From Corynebacterium glutamicum ATCC 13032 (GTDB taxonomy: Bacteria > Actinomycetota > Actinomycetes > Mycobacteriales > Mycobacteriaceae), in contig NC_003450.3 in the NCBI RefSeq assembly GCF_000011325.1, forward strand, positions 750,001 through 782,000: DNA of 32,000 bases. The letters run 5' to 3'. Positions within the stretch are counted from its first letter, which is position 1; the number at the start of each line of letters is the position of its first letter. This document shows, piece after piece, positions 19,201 through 27,042 of the stretch. Position numbers and translations under genes: made by a program. The notes beneath the pieces are model-generated. The model saw nothing but the letters and a program-made list of their open reading frames with translations. It was not told where the DNA came from and did no database searches.

Positions 19201-19536
19201 GGAACCCGTTCCAGTTACCACCAAGGTGGGATCGGGGCGGCGATCTTTACCTCGGTTATCGAGGGAACTCAGCCGCTGAAACGCCGCTTTTTGATGGTGA
19301 TAGGGCACAAAGTTCTCAGGTAACCAACTCAGCACATTTTCCCATTCCTGTGCCTGAGCATAGGGCAAACGTGCACGCACATAAGGCCCGTGGAACATGC
19401 CGGAATCACCGTGGCCCAAGAACCGCTTGAGCTCGGTGGCCACTTGCTTATCCGCAAGGGAAAAACTGGTGGTCAAATATTCGGTGATGCCTTCTTGAAT
19501 GCTGCCAGCCGCATGGACAGGAATGAGTGAGGACAT
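13234..19536 (-). CDS. 2100-aa DEAD/DEAH helicase fused to a DUF1998/MrfA-type zinc domain (DrmA+DrmB-like or DruE-like), with a C-terminal Vsr/DUF559-like endonuclease-fold segment and an unknown tail.
   Basis: Helicase motifs: VVTGTGSGKTESF (~19195-19230), LLYPMNALANDQ, LVLDEFHTYDGAQG, VATSATLG, VFADSVQDAAHRAGY, VATPTLEMGIDIGDL, YVQRVGRAGR (16211-16234). Zinc ribbons CRSCG and CPSCG are inserted in the core. DUF1998-like part (~14509-15369): CPVCSH..CPTCGS, CRHCGH..WCPH, DQVPGGTGYLNQF (14620-14658), CQCQ..CPEC. Endonuclease-like part (~13990-14355): SQLELRF..RPDFWF (14173-14190)..VAVFTDGAAFH..DIQKR. Confidence 0.85.
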   Translation of the reverse strand: MSSLIPVHAAGSIQEGITEYLTTSFSLADKQVATELKRFLGHGDSGMFHGPYVRARLPYAQAQEWENVLSWLPENFVPYHHQKAAFQRLSSLDNRGKDRRPDPTLVVTGTGSGKTESFLYPILDHALRLRKRGQQGIKALLLYPMNALANDQADRLARLIHNNPALKGVTAGIYTGEAKGNRTQMGERELINDPQAMRVSPPDILLTNYKMLDQLLLRSVDREMWQKSATSLQYLVLDEFHTYDGAQGTDVALLLRRLGLMLKSQQPANFLDDSAMHRPLGIITPVATSATLGSGDSGSPMLDFAYTIFGERFPADAIVGETRLELDQWRAEIAQNFGAPAVSEPRELPTVEDIEVVLDTIATAQHEDDYAQLCFRVFCEKVWLCEADLHAAISAYAAHDLTAAILQHAADSTPLSRRDQDEVTALPELVLGATARILGEVKAAEFISHALAAMAFVRAEYGKVAAWGAKRLPGVETHLWVREVSRIDRALGVGDEQSMFRWSDDGPAEDANTQQWLPACYCRSCGRSGWMVSLEQGTNIPVLEEQKIRLNSFEQPHKQRALLDATSEQRAAIEQGRSVAGPRGVDGTSAVLWFHSASNELSTRQPSPEEEQSGSSIAVLTHFGPEADDLSAKQTCPSCGDVDSIRYIGSGISTLLSVSLSNLFGMADLDSAEKKTLVFADSVQDAAHRAGYVQARSRAFALRTYTRRAVGDNEVTLPSISRALMDNATSGRTRYELLPPDLTDLDIYKPYWHPDASKAERREASRNVHKRLSFDLALEFGQRADLPRSLALTGALSAFVDLPKGVALSAAAEALYAIEVPTLDIEDENLRLRWVQGALELLRARGGINHEWFGAYLRTDGNPYMLNRRQARAEGIPGFVRGGAPEFPRVGSALSGSLRSSTGTTPLGSPRGRYASWTSQVLGISTHDAATAITKLFDALSNRSILSSISTDSGGKIYCLEAERIRIFSEDHPEVLECSVCHAQTGVTDHVRELLDGAPCFSPSCGGVLHTEEVEDNYYRRLYSAIEPRTVIAREHTSMLKKKDRLALEQSFRGGEGSAKQSPDAPNVLVATPTLEMGIDIGDLSTVMLASLPTSVASYVQRVGRAGRLSGNSLVLAVVRGRGVTLPRLNQPLSMIKGAITPPVAYLSASEILHRQFLAYVIDCLDTRAELPKLETAIDVFDNAAGKTPLVALLKAQIHAGLDPLLEEFVRTLNMQISIDNIFELRTWASGNSTDSLLALLETSQKEWMEERRSLTARRGELEKIFDKLDARNDAHDEELKEEKRKTAASLKAVKLQIRDLLGEFWIAALERYGLLPNFTLVDDSVELNVAVTSFNPQEVEFDTKNHAYSRGISAALFELAPGATFYAQGIAAKVDSIEIGEHGSAIEQWRLCPVCSHSEILQPGVSTPGSCPTCGSPAFADKGQILEVVQMRKVSSAVEKTRAAISDDREDRFSTRFNQHVSFVVPPDGHGKSWYLNDGFGIEHLPKVELRWLNLGIGNGQKRRLGGFEVTSPLFNVCRHCGHLDSEAGANSRWDHRPWCPHRYEQKEDTVSFALGRTLKTQGVLMLLPEYFGSEADSMVVTSLIAAIKLGFREVLGGDPDHLDVTSVQVPRTSGDGALDALLLHDQVPGGTGYLNQFADPTKVRELISRAWERVSRCQCQYDERLACPECLLPYTRTATLLQTSRAAAEKALRAILLNSSRPEEITDLSAVPDWTFLEKRPENTLGSQLELRFRVMLRRALKNRHAKLVDRVNGSNSYVDIEMSSGVRWRMSEQVDRGYTRPDFWFEPLNGNYPTVAVFTDGAAFHISSANYRLDGDIQKRMKLALDPDNILPWNITSLDLDRFSNPAAQGEEPAWFSPIGRQLSKANLILDPQSTALLAATPMDQLLAFLDNPAASSWKEFAHIAAAHMLGHNPQKNGDGIVGTFRNKISLRATMVNRELRARQLWLAPTTPEELEVDTWTAFLNLANLMWLAPESVDVSTNGSPHKIDIVPAPAAPLAVEVPELWAPILDGFTADEDEEAEGALQILAKEHALVPETTGDELSSIPTIATWPSVKIALLYESDPDEPLEDDLKAEGWTLLFANDLETSDIPAALRP

Positions 19537-19543
19537 AAGCGCT

Positions 19544-22500
19544 CTATGGCTCCTTTAGCTGGTTTTCAAATTTTGCATATGCAGCACGCAGATCAGCTTC
19601 ACGATCCAACACCCGGAAAGGATATTCAAAGGTATAGGACACTTCTGATTGGGGATGCACCCAGGTGCGCTTTTCCACGCTGAGCTCTTGGCCATCTTTA
19701 AGTTTCTGCTGCAGCTTGATGATCTCTTTAGGAACTTTACGGCCATTGGCATCAAAATGATCTTCTTGATCATATCTACGCATCACTGGGAATTGAGTGC
19801 GATAAATCATGCACAGCTCATCAGCACTAATACCCAAAGACAATGCCACCATGGCATCAATATCGTTTTGCGCTGCTCGACGTTGCTCGGCATTGCGCAA
19901 AGGCACCTGAACATCCCACGGCTCACCGGTGATCTCTTCCCACAATGGGGCATAAGCTGAGGTCAGGCAGTTGAGGCGGAGGTATGTGCGGGCGAACTGC
20001 TTTTCCAAGGATGTGAAATTTGGAAGTGGAATCTTGCGAACAATGTCGTTAAATATGTGGCTTGAACCCGAGGACCGAGCAAAATAGTCACTTAGAATTG
20101 CACCAAGCTGTGCTCCAACGAGAATGGTTTTTAAGTTTGAACGTGATGCAGCGCTATTAACTGTGTGCACATGGTTGGCTCCCGGTGGAATTACTGATGG
20201 GTAGACAGTCCTAAATCCCGTGGTGGCAGCCATCTCCCTCCATGCAATTCGGAAAGTGTCTGCAACTGGTACCTGCTTGTCCCCGAAAGTCCAGGTGCCG
20301 TAGTCAGCATCATAAGTGGGCTTTGTTTGGCGATCGGGCTGGTACGCCGTTGCAGGTATGAAGTTTGCAGGAATGGCCTCGAAATCAATTTCAGACCAAT
20401 CTTGATTATGCTTCATTGTCGGATTGGGCTGCTTGATCATTGGTGTAGCAACACCCAGGTGCGGCCCCTGCAAAATGGCATCAGACCAGGAAGCTGGGTA
20501 GCCCCAACCAACGTCAAAGTATCCCTTTTTCTTATCGGTGGTTTCATTCCAGCCACTGGAGAACTGCAGCCCGAGTTCTTTGATACGAGGTGCAGAAGCC
20601 AACTTTTCCAACACTGCTGCTGCTTCCGTGTTGACGGTATAAACCATGCGGGTATCCAAGTATGGCGTTTGTTCATCCTCCAGGATGGACTTCCACACCG
20701 TCAAAGTATCGGCATTGACCAGTTGGATACGGTCCTTGTGTGGGCGACGGTCCCAGTTGCCATTGTCGTCTTTAAGACCAGGGAGATTACCTGAACCGTC
20801 ATGATCAAGTGAATCAAGCACTGTTTGTGGGTGATAAAGCGACGCAGCACTTAAAAAGTTAATAGATTCCTGCGGAGCGCCATAGACATGTACGCCATAT
20901 TTAACCAAGTCGTGGACGTCAAAAAGAATCAACTCATTAATGAACTGCCAGTGGCGGCGCAGACGCTCATATGCTCCCCGACGTAGCGGGGCAGCTTTTT
21001 TCTCAGTGAAGTGGGATTCGGGGTGGATCAGTGAGATCGCACCTGCCGGGGAGGCATTAGACCAAGTCTTTTCCATAAAGCCCCGGTAGAGGTCCGGGCG
21101 TTGATCTTTAAGATGCGGATAGAGAGTAACCGAACCGAGGATCGCAGAAGTAGCCACGGTTTCACCTGCACCACTGACCACATGTTCGAGGCTCTTAGGA
21201 TTGTTGTGAAAATTCTTCTGGCGTTCTTTTTTGGATGCCTGGGTTGGTTTACTCATTACAGCCCACCACGGATCATGTTCAGCAAGCAGATCCTCAAAGT
21301 TCACATCTGGTCGCACCCATGGTGGATTACCAACCTGCAGATCAAATCCACCCTTGGCAAAAACGTGGGCGAAGTCTAGATCCCAGTGGAAGAAGCTCTG
21401 TTGTTTAGCCACTTGGCGGGCAACATTGATCCACGGGTGATTCGCGCTAACACGCTCAAAGCTCAATGCCCCAGAAAAACCAAGATCAGTAGCCTCGGCA
21501 TCATTAATGGCTAGCCAATTGGTATCTGGACCTAAGACAATCTGATTTTCGTTTTTGGACTTCAGAGGGAGATCAATACCCAGAATCTCCGTCAGGGTGG
21601 CTAGCCACTCATCAAGATCTGGAAGGGCTGGACGCTCCGGATGCTCAGCGGTAGCAACAGCATCCAAAGGCCAGAACCACAGCGCACACCAAGCATCCAT
21701 CACCAAGCGTAGACGGTTATATGCACCATCAATATTGCCAAAGAGGTCTTGTTCAATTTGCTCACGTGTGACAACCTCCGAAACCTCAGCTGGCTCTTGA
21801 CCCCAGAGAGTAGTGCTACGTGAGATCTGGGATTCTGCAATGCGAATACGCATCAGCACAAATCGCCATAGTGTTTCCACGCGTAGGGCAAGGTTATTGA
21901 GCTGCTTAATCTGAGTTTTACTCAAAGACGCACGGATGGAAGTACGCCAAGATTTAAGCTCCTTGATTTCAGTAGCCATAAGATCTTTAAGATCTTTGGC
22001 ATCTGCAGTGGCTCCCCAGCCAGTAGAGGGCAAGAGGAAGTGGTGGATGCCGTGGTTGAAGAGGGGTTCTGCTTTGTTTTCATCAATAGCCTGCGCGATA
22101 TCATCAAGCCGATAGCGGGTTGGAGTAGCAGTTAACCAGGCTTTTTTATTAAGCAGACTAGGTGCATACAGCGAACGGGTGGCACCAACGAGGGAGTTAC
22201 CATTACGCAGGTGCAGGCCATACCAAGGTGCGTCCATTTCTGCATTCATGGTGTCTAGCCACAGCGAGATTTCCGCCAACTCCACAGCAGTGCTGTTAAG
22301 GTCCACACCATAAACCTGGTGCAGCGCAATGTGCGCTTTGACCTTTTGGAGTTCCTTGGCACGGTCTTCCGCTGGAATCTGCTGCTCTAGTTCTTCTTGG
22401 CGCAATTCCAAATAAAGCTCTGCTAATTGGCGTACTGCTTCCACAGCGAAGGCGCCGGAACCCATGGCAGGTTCACAGATGGTGAGGCTGAGAACATCAT

Positions 22501-24142
22501 TGGCTGTGGTGATGCGCTTTGATGCCTGGAGTTCTTCAATAGCCTGGGTGACAGTAAAGCTGGTGAGTACTTGTGGGGTGTAGAAGGACGCTGAGCGTTC
22601 GCGGTCACGAGAGGACTGACGGAACACAAATGATCCGCGCGGGTGGCGTTTACGCACCTTGATTACGCCGCCACCAGGGGCTTCTTGATCAACTTCGATA
22701 AAGCTATCGGCAGGGACTTCATCAGCCTTTGAGACCGGGAGCATCCAGGAACCTTTATCGGCTTTGCCATGTGGTGCAACCTCAAAAAGATCTTCCTGGG
22801 CGATAAAGCCGGTATAGGACATCAGACCCTCATAAACTTGGCCAAGCTCGGTAACACCCAAGGTGGCATAGGAGATAAAGCCGCGGTCTTTACCGGATTG
22901 CACCCGGGAGAGCAGGAGGTTTTCCAAGACCTTGTTTAGGGCTTCATTGGAAAGACCAACTCGATCAATAAGTTCTGTGGCTGCAGGGAGGAAGAGATCC
23001 GCTGAAAGGTTGCGGAAGTGCAGGCCTTCTTCTCCAGCCTCGGCATCAAAAGCTACAGCCTTAGCATCTGTTGGGTGGTGGCCTTTATCCACCAGAGTGA
23101 ACAGCAGCTGCAGGGAATCATAAAGGTGGGTGCCCGTGCGAGCATGCTGGGTAACTGGGGGATTAAGAATAAGCTCGCGCAGGCGTGCCAAGCCATAACC
23201 CTCGTCATATTCCGGGGTGCCGGTTGGCAGGATTTCAAGCTCTGGTGAAGCCTCGGCAAAAAGCAGGAACAAAATGCGGTAGAGATAGCGCAAAGATTGC
23301 TTAGCTAGCTCGCCACCGTCGATCTCAGCGGTGGAGAGCTCTTTAGCTTCATAGCGTGTGAGCACGTCATTGCCCAGGATTTCAATGGATTCACGCACCG
23401 CACTGCGTAGCTCGCCAGAAACCTTGACAGCATGTTCGCGGGATTGCTCAATGGTTTCTTCCCACCAGGTGGTGCCATCGGCGGCACGCTCGGTATTTTC
23501 GCGGGCTAGTGCTACGACCGTCTGCTGCATCTCACCCTGGGCTTTGGTGTCATTACGTTCCACCACCAGGGAAATATCAATAGCTAGGTGGCGGCCTAGA
23601 GGCCAGGTTTCACGCTCGGCTAAAACCACCCATTTACCAGCGGTGATAACAACAAAAGCAGGGGGAGTATCACTAAGGAAAATCTGGCCCACCAATTTGG
23701 CTGCGGTGATATCCTGGGGCTTGTCATTGACCGCTACTGGCTCAAGGGGAAGGGATCGGAAGTTCTCTTCAAAGCTTTCAGCGGGAGTCGCTGCAAGAAA
23801 TTCCACACTGCCGGCATTTCCCACCCAAGAGGAATAGGATATTGTGTCGGAGCCGCGCTGCGCGTGGCGCGCGCTGGGGACACCATACCCCAGTGCAGAG
23901 GCCACTAAACTGGCGGCGGTGGTGGCGTCGTCAAGCTCAGAAAGAGCATGCTGCAACTGCAGGCGGTTGCTGGAAAAACGAGTTAAAGGGCCACTCTGCT
24001 GGGTTGCGTCCTCGGTGGTTTTCCATTCTTTAATGCGCTCGCGCACCCGCTTGGAAAATGAGGCACCTTTGGCATCGTCATTGGTGAGGTAGTGGTCACT
24101 GATCCACTCTTCAACATTTAGGATCGAATCAAATGCACTCAT
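19544..24142 (-). CDS. 1532-aa gamma-class N6-adenine DNA methyltransferase (Eco57I/PglX/DrmMI-like) with no recognisable nuclease domain.
   Basis: FYTPQVL, motif I ICEPAMGSGAF (22448-22480), YGVDLNSTAVELAEISLWL, NGNSLVG, motif IV LQVGNPPW (~21317-21340). The start lies 4 nt after the SNF2 stop and the stop lies 7 nt before the helicase start, with an AAGGAG SD in its 3' end. Confidence 0.85.
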   Translation of the reverse strand: MSAFDSILNVEEWISDHYLTNDDAKGASFSKRVRERIKEWKTTEDATQQSGPLTRFSSNRLQLQHALSELDDATTAASLVASALGYGVPSARHAQRGSDTISYSSWVGNAGSVEFLAATPAESFEENFRSLPLEPVAVNDKPQDITAAKLVGQIFLSDTPPAFVVITAGKWVVLAERETWPLGRHLAIDISLVVERNDTKAQGEMQQTVVALARENTERAADGTTWWEETIEQSREHAVKVSGELRSAVRESIEILGNDVLTRYEAKELSTAEIDGGELAKQSLRYLYRILFLLFAEASPELEILPTGTPEYDEGYGLARLRELILNPPVTQHARTGTHLYDSLQLLFTLVDKGHHPTDAKAVAFDAEAGEEGLHFRNLSADLFLPAATELIDRVGLSNEALNKVLENLLLSRVQSGKDRGFISYATLGVTELGQVYEGLMSYTGFIAQEDLFEVAPHGKADKGSWMLPVSKADEVPADSFIEVDQEAPGGGVIKVRKRHPRGSFVFRQSSRDRERSASFYTPQVLTSFTVTQAIEELQASKRITTANDVLSLTICEPAMGSGAFAVEAVRQLAELYLELRQEELEQQIPAEDRAKELQKVKAHIALHQVYGVDLNSTAVELAEISLWLDTMNAEMDAPWYGLHLRNGNSLVGATRSLYAPSLLNKKAWLTATPTRYRLDDIAQAIDENKAEPLFNHGIHHFLLPSTGWGATADAKDLKDLMATEIKELKSWRTSIRASLSKTQIKQLNNLALRVETLWRFVLMRIRIAESQISRSTTLWGQEPAEVSEVVTREQIEQDLFGNIDGAYNRLRLVMDAWCALWFWPLDAVATAEHPERPALPDLDEWLATLTEILGIDLPLKSKNENQIVLGPDTNWLAINDAEATDLGFSGALSFERVSANHPWINVARQVAKQQSFFHWDLDFAHVFAKGGFDLQVGNPPWVRPDVNFEDLLAEHDPWWAVMSKPTQASKKERQKNFHNNPKSLEHVVSGAGETVATSAILGSVTLYPHLKDQRPDLYRGFMEKTWSNASPAGAISLIHPESHFTEKKAAPLRRGAYERLRRHWQFINELILFDVHDLVKYGVHVYGAPQESINFLSAASLYHPQTVLDSLDHDGSGNLPGLKDDNGNWDRRPHKDRIQLVNADTLTVWKSILEDEQTPYLDTRMVYTVNTEAAAVLEKLASAPRIKELGLQFSSGWNETTDKKKGYFDVGWGYPASWSDAILQGPHLGVATPMIKQPNPTMKHNQDWSEIDFEAIPANFIPATAYQPDRQTKPTYDADYGTWTFGDKQVPVADTFRIAWREMAATTGFRTVYPSVIPPGANHVHTVNSAASRSNLKTILVGAQLGAILSDYFARSSGSSHIFNDIVRKIPLPNFTSLEKQFARTYLRLNCLTSAYAPLWEEITGEPWDVQVPLRNAEQRRAAQNDIDAMVALSLGISADELCMIYRTQFPVMRRYDQEDHFDANGRKVPKEIIKLQQKLKDGQELSVEKRTWVHPQSEVSYTFEYPFRVLDREADLRAAYAKFENQLKEP

Positions 24143-24146
24143 TGTG

Positions 24147-27035
24147 TTAAACCTCGGTGTTCAAAGTTGCGGGCTGCGGAAGAATGACGGCCAAAGGCCT
24201 AATAAGTTCACGGTCTGGCTCGAGAGCATTACTCAATTTCTGCTGCTCCTCAATCAATTTTGCAGTTCGCGCGGTACGGGACGTGGACGCTGCGCCACTT
24301 CGTTTGTTATTCCAGGCTTCGGCTCGCTTAGCCCAATGCTCAACGCGAGTTTGAGCCTGAGCGCGGGCGGCGATCATTAATGGACGGATCTCGCCGCGGG
24401 CGGCCTGAACAGCAAGGGAAATAAGCTGCTCAATATCGTCGGGGAGTGCAGCGGTACCTGGGTTAATGGCGGTTTCATCGAGGCCTATGGAATGTAACCA
24501 TTGGATGGGATCGGACAGCACCTCAGTATCAAAGGGGCCAGAAGAAGCCACAAAAGAACGAGACACAATTTGGCCACGCCGATTGCTCAATGTGGACATA
24601 AGCAGCACCGTTGGCTCTGTGACTTTGCCACTAGCCGCCGGAATTTCCGAACGTGGCATGGTTGCCAGCGCGCGGTCAGCTGCCCACGAAGTGACTGGGT
24701 GCAGGGGGCCTAGATAGTGGGCACTTGGCCAGGTACTGCCATCTTCACCAGTGCGCGCAGCGTTGAGGCGTTCTTGGCCACGCATCAGTGTGGAAGCTAG
24801 TAGGAGATCTTCCTTAACTTTCCGGGCAGCCACATAATCCTGCGGGAGGAAATCTAGACGACGGCGCAGATCATCGGTGGGGGTGAGCTCCACGATGTCA
24901 TTATCGTGTTTTTTGAACCCCACGCCACCGCGGTTGATGGAATCCTCCGGTACGTTATTGAAACCTTCGAGGAGGCAGTCATAGAGGAAAGAGCTTTCCT
25001 GTGCATACAACCGGCGTTGTGCATGCTGCGTGCTATTGGAAGCTGCATCTGGTGCTGTTTGGTTTTCTGTTTCTGCTTCTGCTTCTGTTTCTGCCTTGGC
25101 ATCGGCTTGGGCGATTTGGGCTAGCAACCAATCAATATCATCTAGGCCTGCTGGGTTTTCTAGGACTTCCGCTGGATCAGCCACTGCATCATTAAAGTTT
25201 TGGGCACCGCGCAGGACTTCGCGGATGGTTTCTTCTTCCAAACGCTCAGAGTGCTTGCCCATGAGAGATGCGGCATCACCGAGCAAAGAGTGCGCCTCAT
25301 GTTCGCGCTCCATGAGCCTCTCCAGCACATGGACTTCACCTACTTTGGAATCCTCGGCGGGATCGAGCAAGAAGGTAACGATGGAAGGGTTGTGGGTTTG
25401 ACCATAACGATCAATACGGCCATTGCGCTGCTGAATGCGGATCAGTGACCACGGGATGTCATAGTGCACCAAGTTGTGGCAGAGAGTATGCAGGTTCACA
25501 CCTTCTGAGGCAACATCGCCGGTGATCATGATGCGGATGGGAGAATCCGTCTTTTTAAACTCATCCACCAGGCGCATTTGCTCCTGGTCGGGGAGACCGC
25601 CGTGCATAACAGCAATAGAGTTGGGTGGCATCTTGAGATCACGGATGAGGTTTTCCTGCAGCCAGTGCAAAGTAGCGACACGCTCAGAGAAAATCACCAC
25701 GCGGGTATCGGAGTTCTTCTTCACTCCGATGTCACCGAGGTAGCTCAGTAGAGATTGGTACTTCTGTGAGGTCTGCGGGGTGATCGCAGAATTAAGTTGT
25801 GAAAGGGTTTCTAGGGCGCGTTTTTCTTCTGGTGCAGAGGCCTTTTTGAGGCGATTGGACACTGTTTCGCCCAAGGCTGCAGGGGAGGAGAGAAAAGCCT
25901 TCACCAATGTCCAGGGGAAGAGGCGATCCTTGATCGGATTGCTCGCACCTGGTGAAATCCACACATGGTTGAGTTCTGCAGCAACGCCGTTTTCTTCTTT
26001 TGACGCAGCGACCAGGAAGTTCTGAGGCTCATTGCGTGGAGCCCATTTTTCGCCCACAAAACCTGAAACCTCAGGGCTATTGCGATGGCGACGAATGATC
26101 AGACGCTGTGCAGCTTCGGCATCAATGGTGCCATCAGGCATCACAGCGGTGGGATCAAGCAAACGCAAGATCTCCTTAAAGGATTCTGGATCACCATTGT
26201 GCGGGGTGGCAGAGGCCAAAATAAGAGCCTCGGCAGTAGGCGCAAGTGTGCGGGCTAGCTCATTATTTTGGGTGCCAGCATTGGTTGCATTGTGGATTTC
26301 ATCTATAACCACCGCATCCCAGTGCACCTTTTCTAGTTGCGCGCGGTACTTCGGAGATTTCAAAGTATCCATAGAGACAATCACGCGCGGGAAATAAGTA
26401 AAAGGGTTGCGTGATGCTGGCAATTTTTGGCGCACTTGCTGGATGCCCACGGAATCTAGACGAACGAGCGGGATGGCAAAACGGGTCCACATTTCCTGCT
26501 GGAACTGCTCCATAATGTGGCGCGGGGTGACTACCAAAATGCGCTCACCACGGCCACGGCGGATAAGTTCCGCCAAGATCATGCCCATTTCTAGGGTTTT
26601 GCCAAGTCCCACGGCATCAGCAATAAGCACGCGGGGGCGCAAGTTAGCACTAGAGAGGGTTTTGCGCACGGCTGCTAATTGGTACTCCAGTGGATCGGCG
26701 AGCATTTGATCTGCCACGGAAAGTGACTCTTGATAGAGCGGTACCGGAGTTTTACGCATGGTGGCCTCCAACCACAGGCGGGTGCGACGGTAATTGGAGG
26801 AATCATCAAGACTGACGGTGACCTGGGTAGGGTCAATGACCTTCAAATCTTTATCAAGTGCGGTGAAGAACGTAGCTTCGTGGTCCCGCACATAATCAGA
26901 GAGACCACGAGCTTTAACCCTAAAACCATCTGTGGAGCGAGTAACGTGAGTAACCAGCCAAATTTCATCTCGGACTTCAATGGTGACACCCGGGGATAGA
27001 GAGTCAGTAGAACTTAGCGCACCTGATTCAGACAT
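24147..27035 (-). CDS. SNF2-family ATPase/helicase (962 aa), DrmD-like.
   Basis: LIADAVGLGKTLEMG (~26590-26630), VVIDEIHNATN (26293-26313), LILASATPHNG, VVIFSERVATL, ITGDVASEGVNLH, QQRNGRIDRYGQ (~25399-25434). First gene of the minus-strand block. Confidence 0.85.
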   Translation of the reverse strand: MSESGALSSTDSLSPGVTIEVRDEIWLVTHVTRSTDGFRVKARGLSDYVRDHEATFFTALDKDLKVIDPTQVTVSLDDSSNYRRTRLWLEATMRKTPVPLYQESLSVADQMLADPLEYQLAAVRKTLSSANLRPRVLIADAVGLGKTLEMGMILAELIRRGRGERILVVTPRHIMEQFQQEMWTRFAIPLVRLDSVGIQQVRQKLPASRNPFTYFPRVIVSMDTLKSPKYRAQLEKVHWDAVVIDEIHNATNAGTQNNELARTLAPTAEALILASATPHNGDPESFKEILRLLDPTAVMPDGTIDAEAAQRLIIRRHRNSPEVSGFVGEKWAPRNEPQNFLVAASKEENGVAAELNHVWISPGASNPIKDRLFPWTLVKAFLSSPAALGETVSNRLKKASAPEEKRALETLSQLNSAITPQTSQKYQSLLSYLGDIGVKKNSDTRVVIFSERVATLHWLQENLIRDLKMPPNSIAVMHGGLPDQEQMRLVDEFKKTDSPIRIMITGDVASEGVNLHTLCHNLVHYDIPWSLIRIQQRNGRIDRYGQTHNPSIVTFLLDPAEDSKVGEVHVLERLMEREHEAHSLLGDAASLMGKHSERLEEETIREVLRGAQNFNDAVADPAEVLENPAGLDDIDWLLAQIAQADAKAETEAEAETENQTAPDAASNSTQHAQRRLYAQESSFLYDCLLEGFNNVPEDSINRGGVGFKKHDNDIVELTPTDDLRRRLDFLPQDYVAARKVKEDLLLASTLMRGQERLNAARTGEDGSTWPSAHYLGPLHPVTSWAADRALATMPRSEIPAASGKVTEPTVLLMSTLSNRRGQIVSRSFVASSGPFDTEVLSDPIQWLHSIGLDETAINPGTAALPDDIEQLISLAVQAARGEIRPLMIAARAQAQTRVEHWAKRAEAWNNKRSGAASTSRTARTAKLIEEQQKLSNALEPDRELIRPLAVILPQPATLNTEV
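25065..25094. repeat. Five tandem hexamers (ttctgt/ttctgc) inside the SNF2 gene, encoding an (A/T)E-repeat acidic linker (AETEAEAETE).
   Basis: Read directly from the sequence. The repeat unit is in frame, being a multiple of 3. Confidence 0.7.
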
Positions 27036-27042
27036 AGGTTAA

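Noticed and set aside
25065-25094. A hexanucleotide tandem repeat in the SNF2 gene as a possible phase-variation switch.
   Set aside because: The unit length is a multiple of three and the copies are imperfect. Slippage would only alter an acidic linker's length and would not switch the gene on or off.
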